Shown: positions 10,677 through 20,164 of the stretch, one piece after another
Layout: each line of letters begins with the position of its first letter
Position numbering within the stretch: the first letter of the stretch is position 1
IMG/VR virus record: IMGVR_UViG_3300020198_000012
Span: 6,959-70,958 of that record
Direction: 5' to 3' (one strand)
Source: a virus
DNA length: 64,000 bases
The notes under the pieces: model-generated
Told to the model about the DNA's origin: nothing
The model's database searches: none
What the model saw: the letters and a program-made list of their open reading frames with translations, nothing else
Made by a program: the position numbers and the translations under genes

Positions 10677-11303
10677 ATGAGATATAGAAGACAAAGTGTT
10701 ACGGAAAAACCTAAAGAAACTTGTTATTTAGGTATTGCTGATGATATTAGATCAAAAGATTCTCTTTCAAAATTTATGGCTGATGAAAATAGTTACATAC
10801 ATGAACACCTTGCAACCCTTTTCTTTTTAACCAGGATATCCAAACCTAATAAGATAGTTGAAATTGGAACAGGAGAAGGTCATAGCACTCTAGCCTTTGC
10901 ACAAGGATGTGCTGTTAATGGAAAAGGCCATGTTATTAGCATTGATATTGAAGAAAAAGGAAAGGCTATAGATTTACTACAAGATGAAAATCTTTATACT
11001 TACGTTACCTTTATGAAAGACCCTAACGTTTCTTTGATAGGAGGAATTGATATCCTTTTCATTGATGGTGATCATAGTTATGAATCTGTTAAGAAAGATA
11101 TTGAAAAATATTATTCTGAAATAACAGAAGGAGGATTTATAGTTTTCCATGATGCGTATAACCCTGCACATCCCGGAGTAATGAAAGCCATACAAGAATC
11201 TATCAACAATGTTGATCGTGTTCTTGAATGGGATTATTATGAATGGTTTAATTGTAATGGGTTGGTAATAATACAGAGGAAATTACAAGATTGGCCAAAT
11301 TAA
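10677..11303 (+). CDS. Class I SAM-dependent methyltransferase (Methyltransf_24-like)
   Basis: VEIGTGEGHST, DILFIDGDHSYE, GGFIVFHD. Confidence 0.9.
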   Translation: MRYRRQSVTEKPKETCYLGIADDIRSKDSLSKFMADENSYIHEHLATLFFLTRISKPNKIVEIGTGEGHSTLAFAQGCAVNGKGHVISIDIEEKGKAIDLLQDENLYTYVTFMKDPNVSLIGGIDILFIDGDHSYESVKKDIEKYYSEITEGGFIVFHDAYNPAHPGVMKAIQESINNVDRVLEWDYYEWFNCNGLVIIQRKLQDWPN

Positions 11304-11441
11304 AAATAATAGAAGATAGCAATATTACCCTGTTTCAACAACATGTTAATAATTTTATTAAGGATATGAAAGGAGTAAATGTGCAATATGTCAGAAGTTC
11401 AACTAACTATACTGGTTCTTACCACATAGCAATTATAACCT

Positions 11442-12041
11442 ATGATAACTAAAGATATTAGATTCCTTCTTCCGTCTGAAGTTGAGACATTTAATTGGAA
11501 AAGAATTGGAAAGAATGTTCAAATAGCTAGAACAGCTGTTATAGACGATCCTTCAAAAGTGTCTATTGGTGATAATGTTATTATTAGTGATAATAGTATA
11601 ATAACAGGTGAAGTTTCTATAGGAAATTATACTCATATAGCACATTATGTCCATTTATCAGGTCAAAAAGGATTATCAATTGGAAAACACTGTGGTATAG
11701 GCTCAAGAACTACCATATATACTTCTTCAGATGATTTTAGAGGAACACATTTAATTGGACCAACTTATCCTATAGGATATAGAAAATTGTTTTCTAATCC
11801 AGTAGAAATTGGAGATTTTGTAATAATAGGAATAGGCAGTGTAGTGTTTCCACAATGGAATGGACAACCTACACACATACCAGAAGGAGCAGCTTTCTGG
11901 AGAGGAAGCCTAATAGCAGGGGATTATTCCCCTTGGACCATTAATCATAGCCTATATCCTGATAGCAAGGCTGGGTATTTGTCTAGTAGAATTAAAGATA
12001 TGAAAATTTTTGCACAAAAATTAGAGGAAGATTATGTCTAA
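11442..12041 (+). CDS. Left-handed beta-helix (hexapeptide) sugar acyltransferase
   Basis: Repeated IG-x-x hexapeptides (IGKNVQI, IGDNVII, IGNYTHI, IGDFVIIG); IYTSSDDF. Confidence 0.85.
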   Translation: MITKDIRFLLPSEVETFNWKRIGKNVQIARTAVIDDPSKVSIGDNVIISDNSIITGEVSIGNYTHIAHYVHLSGQKGLSIGKHCGIGSRTTIYTSSDDFRGTHLIGPTYPIGYRKLFSNPVEIGDFVIIGIGSVVFPQWNGQPTHIPEGAAFWRGSLIAGDYSPWTINHSLYPDSKAGYLSSRIKDMKIFAQKLEEDYV

Positions 12042-12687
12042 TGTTACTATAACAGCTGAACTAGGAACAGCTTGGAGAGGAGATTTTACTCTACTAAAAA
12101 AATTAATGAAGCAATGTAAAGAAGCCGATGTTAATGCTGTTAAATTACAAGCTTTTAGATCTGAACACCTATCAAAAAGATTTGATAGATTAATTTCTTC
12201 AGTCACTGAGGCTAATGTAGAAACAATTGACAGCATTGCTAAAGAAGTGAGAATTCCATGGTATTGTACACCTTGTTATCCACAAGCAGTTGAATTCCTA
12301 GATCCTTTTGTGAATTGTTATAAAATAAGGTATAAAGACAGACATAATTTTGGTTTAATAGATAGAGTAGATGAAACCTCTAAGAAGTTTTTTATGTCCA
12401 CAGATGATGAAATTTGTTGGTATGATCATGTTGTTCCATTATATTGTGTTTCAAAATATCCTCCTTTGCCAGAAGATGTAAACTTTAAAGAAATGGAAAA
12501 ATTTAGTGGATTTAGTTGTCATCTTCCTGATAAGAATATCATCCTGACAGCAATTAAAGTTGCTAAAATAAAATATTTAGAACTTCATGTGAAACCCCTT
12601 GGTAACACAGGAGACCTAATGGATGATCCTGTTAGTTTTGATACTATAGAGTTGAAATATTTAATAAAGGAGATAAGAGAACTATGA
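12034..12687 (+). CDS. neuB: NeuB-family nonulosonate synthase, lacking the SAF/antifreeze-like domain
   Basis: ITAELG, ADVNAVKLQAF, CTP, YCVSKYP, GFSCH, LELHV, D-PVS motifs. Confidence 0.85.
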   Translation: MSNVTITAELGTAWRGDFTLLKKLMKQCKEADVNAVKLQAFRSEHLSKRFDRLISSVTEANVETIDSIAKEVRIPWYCTPCYPQAVEFLDPFVNCYKIRYKDRHNFGLIDRVDETSKKFFMSTDDEICWYDHVVPLYCVSKYPPLPEDVNFKEMEKFSGFSCHLPDKNIILTAIKVAKIKYLELHVKPLGNTGDLMDDPVSFDTIELKYLIKEIREL

Positions 12688-13265
12688 CCACAGGAATTAT
12701 TTTACAAGCAAGATTAACATCAGAAAGATTCCCAAACAAGACAATGTGTTATCTATTAGGAAAACCTTTAATTGATCATATGTTGGAAAAGCTAATGCCT
12801 CTAGGATATCCTTTGGTAGTAGCTATTCCTGATACTAGATCTAATGAACCTTTACGAGCTTATTTGGAAGATAAATATCCTACAGTACAAGTTTATAGAT
12901 CCTTTGAAGAAGACCTTGTTAGAAGGTATCGGGATGTTAATAGTTTTTGTAACTTTGATCCTATAATAAGGATATGTGCTGATAGTCCTTTCTTTGATGC
13001 TGAAGATATTAAAATTGCATTGGAAATTTATAATAAAAGACAAAGATTTACTATGTTAAATCATATACAAGTATTTGGAAAAGATGAATTAGAATATGCT
13101 TTCTTTTATGATTATCCAGCAGATTCAAGACAACACGTTGTTAGAGGAATCCTTTATACAGTTGATTATCCTCAAGATATTGAAAGGATAGAAAAAGATG
13201 TTGAGACTGGTAGGTCTCCTACATTAAACAGGATGTTAGGAATAAATGCCAAAAAAGAAAAGTAA
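12684..13265 (+). CDS. SpsF/NeuA-type cytidylyltransferase
   Basis: IILQARLTSERFPNK, GKPLI, IIRICADSPF, TVDYPQDI. Confidence 0.88.
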   Translation: MTTGIILQARLTSERFPNKTMCYLLGKPLIDHMLEKLMPLGYPLVVAIPDTRSNEPLRAYLEDKYPTVQVYRSFEEDLVRRYRDVNSFCNFDPIIRICADSPFFDAEDIKIALEIYNKRQRFTMLNHIQVFGKDELEYAFFYDYPADSRQHVVRGILYTVDYPQDIERIEKDVETGRSPTLNRMLGINAKKEK

Positions 13266-13602
13266 AAAACAATCCAATAAACTATATGGGTGTGATGAGT
13301 GTCTTAGAGGCACTATTATGGGAATTCCTATTTGTTCTAGATGTGATATGCAAGCGGAAGTAAAATGTGGTTGTTGTTTTGATAATTTTTGTAATGAGTG
13401 TTTTGTAGATCACTGTTGGGAAGAACAATCCAATGGAGAACCTGAAGAACAAGAAATATGTGTAGGTTGTAATAGAGAACCTTCTCGATGTGACTGTCCA
13501 ATGTTGTGTTATGATTGTGGAGAAGAAGAAGGTAATTGTCTAACAGACTGTGAATGTAGGGATTGTGTTCCTGAATGCAATGAATGTGATGGCAATTGCT
13601 AA
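13246..13602 (+). CDS. Very Cys-rich protein (the Cys-rich frame continues past TAA to 13662)
   Basis: Many CxxC/CxC motifs. Confidence 0.7.
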   Translation: MPKKKSKKQSNKLYGCDECLRGTIMGIPICSRCDMQAEVKCGCCFDNFCNECFVDHCWEEQSNGEPEEQEICVGCNREPSRCDCPMLCYDCGEEEGNCLTDCECRDCVPECNECDGNC

Positions 13603-14234
13603 GATCCTTGCGAATGCGTAGATTCAGATGAAGGATGTGAACAGTGTGAGTGCTCCCACTAGCAACTATGAGGAAGTTATTCCTCCTTTAATTAGTGCTT
13701 TAGAATGTTTAGAAGCATTAGTTGTAAGAGATGATATATCTAATACAGAAAAAATGTTATGGATTAGAAAACTTATTATTGCATTAAAACCAAGGAAACC
13801 AACTTGTCCGAAAAAGAAAACCAAATCAAAAGGTTAGAAAGTAAAATGAAGTTTTATTTAGAAAAAGCCAAGAAACTTCAAAATAGAATTGATAGATTAA
13901 CTGGGAAATTACCTATAGATGAAGATACCGGTTACCAGGGACCAAAGGTGGCATCGCATGGGCAGGAATCGTAAAAGATTTAACAACTTTTTTGAAGAAT
14001 TGTGTAAAGGACTAATTGAAGAAATAAAAAAGAAAGATGAAGGAGAGAGGGTTTGACTACATTGCTAGATTATTGTCCTTTATGTTTAGAAGCTATGGAT
14101 ACAACTCCTTCAGACGATCAAGCTATTAGAGCCTGGAGAATTGAACATGATATGAAAGAACATCCTGGTTATTATGCTTATCAGACAGAGATATTAAAAT
14201 GGAAAGATCCTGTAGATAGGAGAAAGAACTGAAT

Positions 14235-14909
14235 ATGTTTAATAAAATATTAATCTTTGGCGCAGGACCCTCTTTAGCACAGAATATAAAGGATTATATT
14301 CGACTAGGTCCTTTCCCCGGTGTCACTATCGCCTGTGACGCAGCTGTAGAGAAGTTATTACAACATGATATTATACCTGATTATTGTACTGTCTTAGAAG
14401 ATGGCAATGATCTTGATAAATATTTTAGACCTAAAATAGTCCAACAAAAAGGACATTTAATAAAAAAATGTTATGTCAGTGATAGGATATCTTTTCCAGT
14501 CAAAGAATCTCTAGGAGAAGCAAAAATCTCTTGGGAGATAGCTCCTAATTGTGGGGATTATTTTAATACTTCTAATGTAGGATTGTTCACTTGGTTTGTA
14601 TCGATACATTCTTTGGATATTAAAGAAATTTATCTTCTAGGAATGGATCATTGTTATGCAAAAGATGCACCTCCTCCAGTTGACCAAAAATCAGAACTTT
14701 TTAAATATGGTTTCTATGTTGTATGGGATCCTCATAATGATGAGAAAATGATATTAAATCCTGCTCATCAATTATGGAAAGAAGAATTTGAGTATTTTTC
14801 AAAACAATATCCCGAAGTTAAGAATATTAACCTAACCGGTAGAGGCGCTCTCTGCAAAGATAAATATTTTGAATGGAAACCAATAAGCAATCTGAACAGT
14901 TGGCAATAG
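14235..14909 (+). CDS. Maf/DUF115-like (MAF_flag10) putative nonulosonate transferase
   Basis: IFGAGPSL, IACDAA, IIPDY, SNVG, IYLLGMDH, INLT motifs. Confidence 0.8.
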   Translation: MFNKILIFGAGPSLAQNIKDYIRLGPFPGVTIACDAAVEKLLQHDIIPDYCTVLEDGNDLDKYFRPKIVQQKGHLIKKCYVSDRISFPVKESLGEAKISWEIAPNCGDYFNTSNVGLFTWFVSIHSLDIKEIYLLGMDHCYAKDAPPPVDQKSELFKYGFYVVWDPHNDEKMILNPAHQLWKEEFEYFSKQYPEVKNINLTGRGALCKDKYFEWKPISNLNSWQ

Positions 14910-15139
14910 AAGAAATAAAGAAATGCCAACAGTTTATGGCTAGTGAGATATTAAAATTTGTCAGAGAACAACGAGAAATCTATCTTAGAAGATGTTCCTC
15001 TATCCTTAAAGATAACAACCTTTTGGGATAATAAATATCTTTATAGCTATTTATCTGATGAAGAACTCGTCCAAGCTTTTAAACAGTTTTCTATAGAATT
15101 AGGAAAGAGACACAAACAAACCAAGAAAGAGATTCCTTT

Positions 15140-15547
15140 ATGGAGCCTATATCGAGTCTACCTAATCAAGAAGTGGTTGCTATTGTATCACCATCAAAAA
15201 TTGTAAAAGAACATACCGATGACCAACTTATCGATATGCTTAAAAGAGAAGATTATTATTTAATAGTAAAGATAAATAAACATCCTGAAGATCGTCTACA
15301 AATTCGATGGCAAGCCCTTCGAACCAAGTTTTCTATTTTATTGCAAAACGGGAAATTAAATTCAATGTCTATTAATGAATTTGTAACAACAGAGTTAATT
15401 TCTCTTTTTGATCAATATGTTAGACAAATTGTTAACAGGGATAAAGTTAGGGGAATAGAATTTGTTAGACTGATGCGAAAATTTTATTTAGAAGAAAAGT
15501 TTAGATTATTATTAAAGTTTAAATTAGTGAAACCCAATGATATTTGA
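15140..15547 (+). CDS. Hypothetical protein
   Basis: 135-aa ORF in the early arm. Confidence 0.6.
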   Translation: MEPISSLPNQEVVAIVSPSKIVKEHTDDQLIDMLKREDYYLIVKINKHPEDRLQIRWQALRTKFSILLQNGKLNSMSINEFVTTELISLFDQYVRQIVNRDKVRGIEFVRLMRKFYLEEKFRLLLKFKLVKPNDI

Positions 15548-15729
15548 TAATTGTAAAAAATGCAATGGAAAAACTAGAGTGGAAACCTTGCCATCTAGTG
15601 ATAATCATAACTTCCATGAACATCTAATATGTGAGGAAAAGGGTTCCCAGCATGGTTTTTACTGTATAACCACCAAAACTTTTATAAAATAACTCTCTCC
15701 CACTAGCTGTCCCAGCCTTTTACTCAAGA

Positions 15730-15762
15730 TTTAAATACCTTTTCTTATATATTATTATTATG
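15730..15762 (+). promoter_or_regulatory. Archaeal-type leaderless promoter (TATA at -30, ATTATTATTATG start)
   Basis: TTTAAATA at 15730, ATG at 15760. Confidence 0.65.
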
Positions 15763-16050
15763 AATCAAGCATTAGATATTATAAAAACAGAATTCATTGC
15801 TGATGGTAGCGGAGGATCAAAACAACTAGATCTTCCACAAGACGCCAAACAAAGAATTATGGGCTTTCTTCAGGAGATAAAAGAAGATTCTCCAAAGAAT
15901 TGGGCAAGCATCAATACTATTTCTCAGGCATCTAATGTATCATCCATGTATACAAGACATGTGTTAAAGAAACTTTGTGATGACGGGATAGTAGAAACTG
16001 GATGGCTTTCCAGCAACCCAAAAAAGTTCTTCTTTAGATTGAGACCTTAG
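15760..16050 (+). CDS. Winged-helix protein
   Basis: ASINTISQASNVSSMYTRHVLKKLCDDGIVE...KFFFRL; followed by a T-rich terminator. Confidence 0.75.
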   Translation: MNQALDIIKTEFIADGSGGSKQLDLPQDAKQRIMGFLQEIKEDSPKNWASINTISQASNVSSMYTRHVLKKLCDDGIVETGWLSSNPKKFFFRLRP

Positions 16051-16080
16051 TCTCTTTCTTCCTTTTATTTTTACAAAACC

Positions 16081-16113
16081 TTTATTAATCTATTCTTAGT
16101 AATTATTATTATG
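16081..16113 (+). promoter_or_regulatory. Archaeal-type leaderless promoter
   Basis: TTTATTAA at 16081, ATTATTATTATG with ATG at 16111. Confidence 0.65.
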
Positions 16114-16388
16114 AAAGAAAATCAGTACTTTTACTGTATAGTGCACAAAAAATGTCTGTTTCCCTCTGACAAGAAAGAGCATGAAACAGAAAAGTGCGTT
16201 TTCCTTATTCAAGAAACCCGTTGGAGGAAACCAAAGGCAAAGAAGAAACTCTGGGTTGCAAGAACTATTGTTGAAAAAGAAGGGATGAAAATTGTTAAAC
16301 TTCCTAAAATAAAGAAAGTTGAACAAGGAAACCTTCCTAAAGATGCGGTTTTAATAGATATTCCTGCTTTTAATTCTAGGAGATTAGG

Positions 16389-16673
16389 ATGAAACAATTT
16401 ACTGCTAGAGATCCAAAGAATTGTAACAATTGTCACAAGACAATCCAAAAAGGAGAAAAATACTGGGCTAATAGTTATTCTTCCTTTTGTGAATCTTGTG
16501 GAGATTTAAAAAATGATGGTGAATTAACTTATGATTATAGGAATAAAAGGTATAAACTATCCTCAGAAAAATTACAATGTGATTATTGTGAGAAAGCTTC
16601 TATTGGAGTGTTTAAAGGAAAGGCATATTGTGAAGAACATGCCGGTAAAGCACATGGAGTGTTATTAGATTGA
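16389..16673 (+). CDS. Double zinc-finger protein
   Basis: CNNC...CESC and CDYC...CEEH. Confidence 0.65.
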   Translation: MKQFTARDPKNCNNCHKTIQKGEKYWANSYSSFCESCGDLKNDGELTYDYRNKRYKLSSEKLQCDYCEKASIGVFKGKAYCEEHAGKAHGVLLD

Positions 16674-16930
16674 AAAGAGAAATTAAAGAGAAAGACCATA
16701 AAGATTGGGTAGTAGAAAAATCTATCGAGTTTCCTACTTTAATGGGAAAAATCTTAACGGTTAACAGAATCAAATATAACGGAAAATTTGCTAAAAAAGA
16801 AAATCCAAAAAGGTGTGTTAGTATTACAAAGAATAAAAAATCAGTGGCTTGGGATATAGAACTATCAGCAGCAGTTGCTGCAGCTGTTAGGCAACTATCA
16901 AAGGATTTCATTCCTGCAGGAGCACAATAA
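16670..16930 (+). CDS. Hypothetical protein, possibly PC4-like nucleic-acid binding fold
   Basis: Beta-rich N-terminal part followed by an amphipathic helix; weak resemblance only. Confidence 0.35.
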   Translation: MKREIKEKDHKDWVVEKSIEFPTLMGKILTVNRIKYNGKFAKKENPKRCVSITKNKKSVAWDIELSAAVAAAVRQLSKDFIPAGAQ

Positions 16931-17045
16931 TGGCACACGATTATTTGCAATGTATTTATTGTGGCGAAGAAATGGAATTAGAAATTACTATTGAAAATAG
17001 AGAAGAAGCATATGTTACTGGGTGTTATAAACCTGAGAGGAAAAA

Positions 17046-17561
17046 TTGCCAACCTGTGTAGAATGTAAATCCCCTGAAAGGAAGAAATATCTTCTAATTC
17101 CAGGAACAAGACAATTTATTTGTTATGATTGTTTTACAAAAGACAACTCACCAAAAAGTCCTTCACAACCACAACATCTTCCAGTCTTTACAAGATGGGT
17201 TTGTAAGAAACATAAATGTGGAAGTTACAATTTCAATCAACTACTACGACATGAAATGCCATGGTGTGATATTATAACCGAAGATACTGTTGGAGTTATA
17301 AAACCAAAGACCTTTGGTAATCCTGGCGGAAAAGGAGATTTAAATAGGGATAAATTTCCTGATTGGGTAGAATATTCTAGAAGGAATGATGTTGATTTGC
17401 ATAAAATGGTTTCATGGAATCGCTATGTAAGGAAACATAGAATTAATTCTCCTGAAAAGGACCAAAGGAAACAAAAGAAATTTAATCCTTTCAAGCAAAG
17501 AGATCCTCATGCCCCCTTTAAATCTAGATCAGTGGAACAAGTTACCACCAAAGCAATATAA
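17046..17561 (+). CDS. Zinc-finger protein
   Basis: CVEC...CYDC, then CKKHKC...H motifs. Confidence 0.6.
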   Translation: MPTCVECKSPERKKYLLIPGTRQFICYDCFTKDNSPKSPSQPQHLPVFTRWVCKKHKCGSYNFNQLLRHEMPWCDIITEDTVGVIKPKTFGNPGGKGDLNRDKFPDWVEYSRRNDVDLHKMVSWNRYVRKHRINSPEKDQRKQKKFNPFKQRDPHAPFKSRSVEQVTTKAI

Positions 17562-17799
17562 GACTAATAGAGAACTTCTTTCCTTTATGAAAGAAAATCA
17601 AGGATATAGTACAGAAGAATTGAAAAATTTTTTAAAAGTTAGACCACCAGCTGCTTTACAAAGATTGAAAAAATTAGAAGAAAAAGGATTTGTGATTAAG
17701 AAGAAATTAACTAAAGGAAAAGGATTATGGTATAAGATTAAAGAATGGCCAGAGAAAGAAGAGATGTTAATAGCTGGAGGAGATATGATTGTTAGGTGA
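17509..17799 (+). CDS. Winged-helix protein
   Basis: GYSTEEL...ALQRLKKLEEKGFV...LWYK. Confidence 0.75.
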   Translation: MPPLNLDQWNKLPPKQYKTNRELLSFMKENQGYSTEELKNFLKVRPPAALQRLKKLEEKGFVIKKKLTKGKGLWYKIKEWPEKEEMLIAGGDMIVR

Positions 17800-18097
17800 T
17801 GAAAATTAAAAACATTAGAGAAAATAATCTTGCTAAAGAAGTAAAAAGACTACATAAAGATGTTAGTAATTTACAAGAAAAGACAAAATTACTTCAAAAA
17901 AGATTAGATTTTACACAAGACGAGCTGGTTAAAGTGGCTATAGAGAAACAAGCTATTATACAATCGGTTAGTTATATTATGACTATAGGCATAGAGTTAG
18001 CCAAGAGAGAAGGGATTATAATAGAAGGAGCTGCTCAACAAGGTGCCCCTGTTACGCCCGAACTACCTGATAAAACAGCACAAGGAGGACATTATCA

Positions 18098-18373
18098 ATG
18101 AACATTGTTATAGATACCTATCATTTCCTTCGAAGAATGGGAGTGTATAAAGCCTATTCTACCTTAGAAATAGTTGATATGGTAAAAGCTCAAAGATGTG
18201 CAGTGCTAAAGAGACTACACAGATTAGAAGAAGCCAAGATAATAGAATCTAAATTAAATGAAGAAAACCAAACATTATATTGGAAGGTTATAAAGTTACC
18301 TGAAAAACCTGTTTCTCCGAAGATGTGGAAGGAAAGTTTATCATTAAAGGAAATGCAAGAAATTGATACTTGA
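18098..18373 (+). CDS. Winged-helix protein
   Basis: AYSTLEI...AVLKRLHRLEEAKII...LYWK. Confidence 0.75.
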   Translation: MNIVIDTYHFLRRMGVYKAYSTLEIVDMVKAQRCAVLKRLHRLEEAKIIESKLNEENQTLYWKVIKLPEKPVSPKMWKESLSLKEMQEIDT

Positions 18374-18488
18374 AATTTAATCATAATGTTTATGAAAAAC
18401 TGATAGATTCTAGTAAGATAGAAGAGTTATTATGGACGACAATCTTAAATAAAAAGTTATTAGATAAGTAAAATAGAAGGAGAAGCCC

Positions 18489-18809
18489 GTGTTAGAACAG
18501 ACAATAATCATGTGTGCCATAACAATATTATGGGCTGTAAATTGCGATGAGCAGTGGACAATAAATGTTTATGATTCTTTGTTCATTCAGGATCCAAATG
18601 GATATTGGGTAACAGGATATGCTGATTATAAAAATAATGTGATAGGAATAGGAACCGCACGAATAGATAGTTGTTGGGATGGTAAATGTTTGCCTTTACT
18701 ATGGCATGAAATTAAACATCTGCGGTGTGATTGTGATTGGCATCATAAGATGACTCCAAATCATGATATATGGAAGTCATCAAAAGGATGGAAGCACAAA
18801 AGCGAATAA
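18489..18809 (+). CDS. Small HEXXH (zincin-like) protein
   Basis: LLWHEIKH; hydrophobic N-terminus. Confidence 0.55.
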   Translation: MLEQTIIMCAITILWAVNCDEQWTINVYDSLFIQDPNGYWVTGYADYKNNVIGIGTARIDSCWDGKCLPLLWHEIKHLRCDCDWHHKMTPNHDIWKSSKGWKHKSE

Positions 18810-18827
18810 AACAGATGAATTGAAAGA

Positions 18828-19370
18828 ATGAAGTTATTGATTTGGATTCTAGTTCCACTTTTTTTGATGGGAACCTTGATGGGAACACAAACAAGTTTCG
18901 GAGAGATACATTTCAAGACAAAAAATATTGATAAAAATTTTTATAGTGTGCTTATAATGAGTCAAATAATGGGACAGGGTTATTCCCCACAGATGATTAA
19001 AAAATGGGATATATACGTTCATGACGTTACAAAAGCAGATCCAGAATTTTATAATCATGTAAAATTACAGGAAGGTCAGAGGATTAACACTGACATGCCA
19101 AGTGGAGTGACATCGGAAAACAGAGTTGATTTGTATCTCATAGATTCAGATGGATTACTGCAAAGACGCGAGAACGCACACGTTATTCAGCACGAAATGG
19201 CTCACGCCATATTATTTGATGTATATGGAAGTTCAGGTGGATTATGGGTAGACCTCGTACACGATAATCAAAAAACATTTAAACTGAATATACTATTTAA
19301 TGGCAAGAAACAATTTGAAATGAATGTTGTTGATATAAGACCGTACCTTAAAAAAATACAATTAGCCTGA
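18828..19370 (+). CDS. Secreted HEXXH zincin-like protein
   Basis: Signal-peptide-like N-terminus; IQHEMAH; paralog of 60500..61114. Confidence 0.65.
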   Translation: MKLLIWILVPLFLMGTLMGTQTSFGEIHFKTKNIDKNFYSVLIMSQIMGQGYSPQMIKKWDIYVHDVTKADPEFYNHVKLQEGQRINTDMPSGVTSENRVDLYLIDSDGLLQRRENAHVIQHEMAHAILFDVYGSSGGLWVDLVHDNQKTFKLNILFNGKKQFEMNVVDIRPYLKKIQLA

Positions 19371-19389
19371 TATTATCTCATTACTAGGA

Positions 19390-19414
19390 TTAATTAAGAT
19401 AGTCCCTTAATTAA
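19390..19414. repeat. Perfect inverted repeat TTAATTAAG-N7-CTTAATTAA (putative operator)
   Basis: Read directly; immediately upstream of the promoter region of wHTH gene 19446. Confidence 0.6.
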
Positions 19415-19445
19415 ATAAATTAAGTATTGGATATTATATAAGAAT

Positions 19446-19682
19446 ATGTCTACTGAAAATATAGAAAATTCCTTACCAAAGAAAACCCTAGAACAGGTGT
19501 TACGACCTGACAAAGCTTATTCTGTTAGAGAAATTGCATCTTTATTAGGAATACAAGTTAACTCTACTAGACAAAAATTAAAGAAAGCCTTGGATAAAGG
19601 AATTGTAACAAAACATGTTGTAGATAGACAAGTTCTTTGGGCATTGAAAAATTTGCCAGAGCAACCAAATCTACAAACTTAA
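19446..19682 (+). CDS. Winged-helix protein
   Basis: YSVREIASLLGIQVNSTRQKLKKALDKGIV...LWAL. Confidence 0.8.
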   Translation: MSTENIENSLPKKTLEQVLRPDKAYSVREIASLLGIQVNSTRQKLKKALDKGIVTKHVVDRQVLWALKNLPEQPNLQT

Positions 19683-19897
19683 ATATTTTTTTTTATGAAA
19701 AACTCTTTAATAGAATCATTAGGCGATTTATTTGATAATGCAGCACAAAGACATTGTTCTGAAGGAGATAGTTGTTACGTCGGTACCTGTCCTGTTAACT
19801 GTCTTGTTCCTTTGGTTAGTGTTCATTTAAAATATAGATTATTTTTTATGTTATATGGTGATTGTATGGTCTTGAAAAGATTAGCGAAGTGTTGTTA

Positions 19898-20164
19898 ATG
19901 GCTGCTCCAGGATGGTATAGATCAACTAATTTTGTAACACATGTATTACCAAATCATAATATTGTTGTACCCAAGAAGATCAGACTACGCCTAGCAGAAA
20001 AGCTGGGAGTACCTATAAACGATTTAGAAGGGTGTTTCCTACATTTTGAAATTAAGGCTATCCAAATTAAAGATAAAGAATGGATAGAATTATCGCTGAC
20101 AAGCGAAAAAGAATTAAAAAAGGAGAAACAAGAAATAAATGACAACAACAGACTTGCAGACTAG
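19898..20164 (+). CDS. AbrB/SpoVT-like swapped-hairpin DNA-binding protein
   Basis: IVVPKKIR...LG...EG..LHFEI; TAATG-coupled start at 19898. Confidence 0.55.
   Translation: MAAPGWYRSTNFVTHVLPNHNIVVPKKIRLRLAEKLGVPINDLEGCFLHFEIKAIQIKDKEWIELSLTSEKELKKEKQEINDNNRLAD

Noticed and set aside
13600-13602. Genome-wide stop-codon reassignment or selenocysteine
   Set aside because: This is a single in-frame TAA, not TGA. Conserved genes are intact under the standard code and end in TAA, TAG and TGA.
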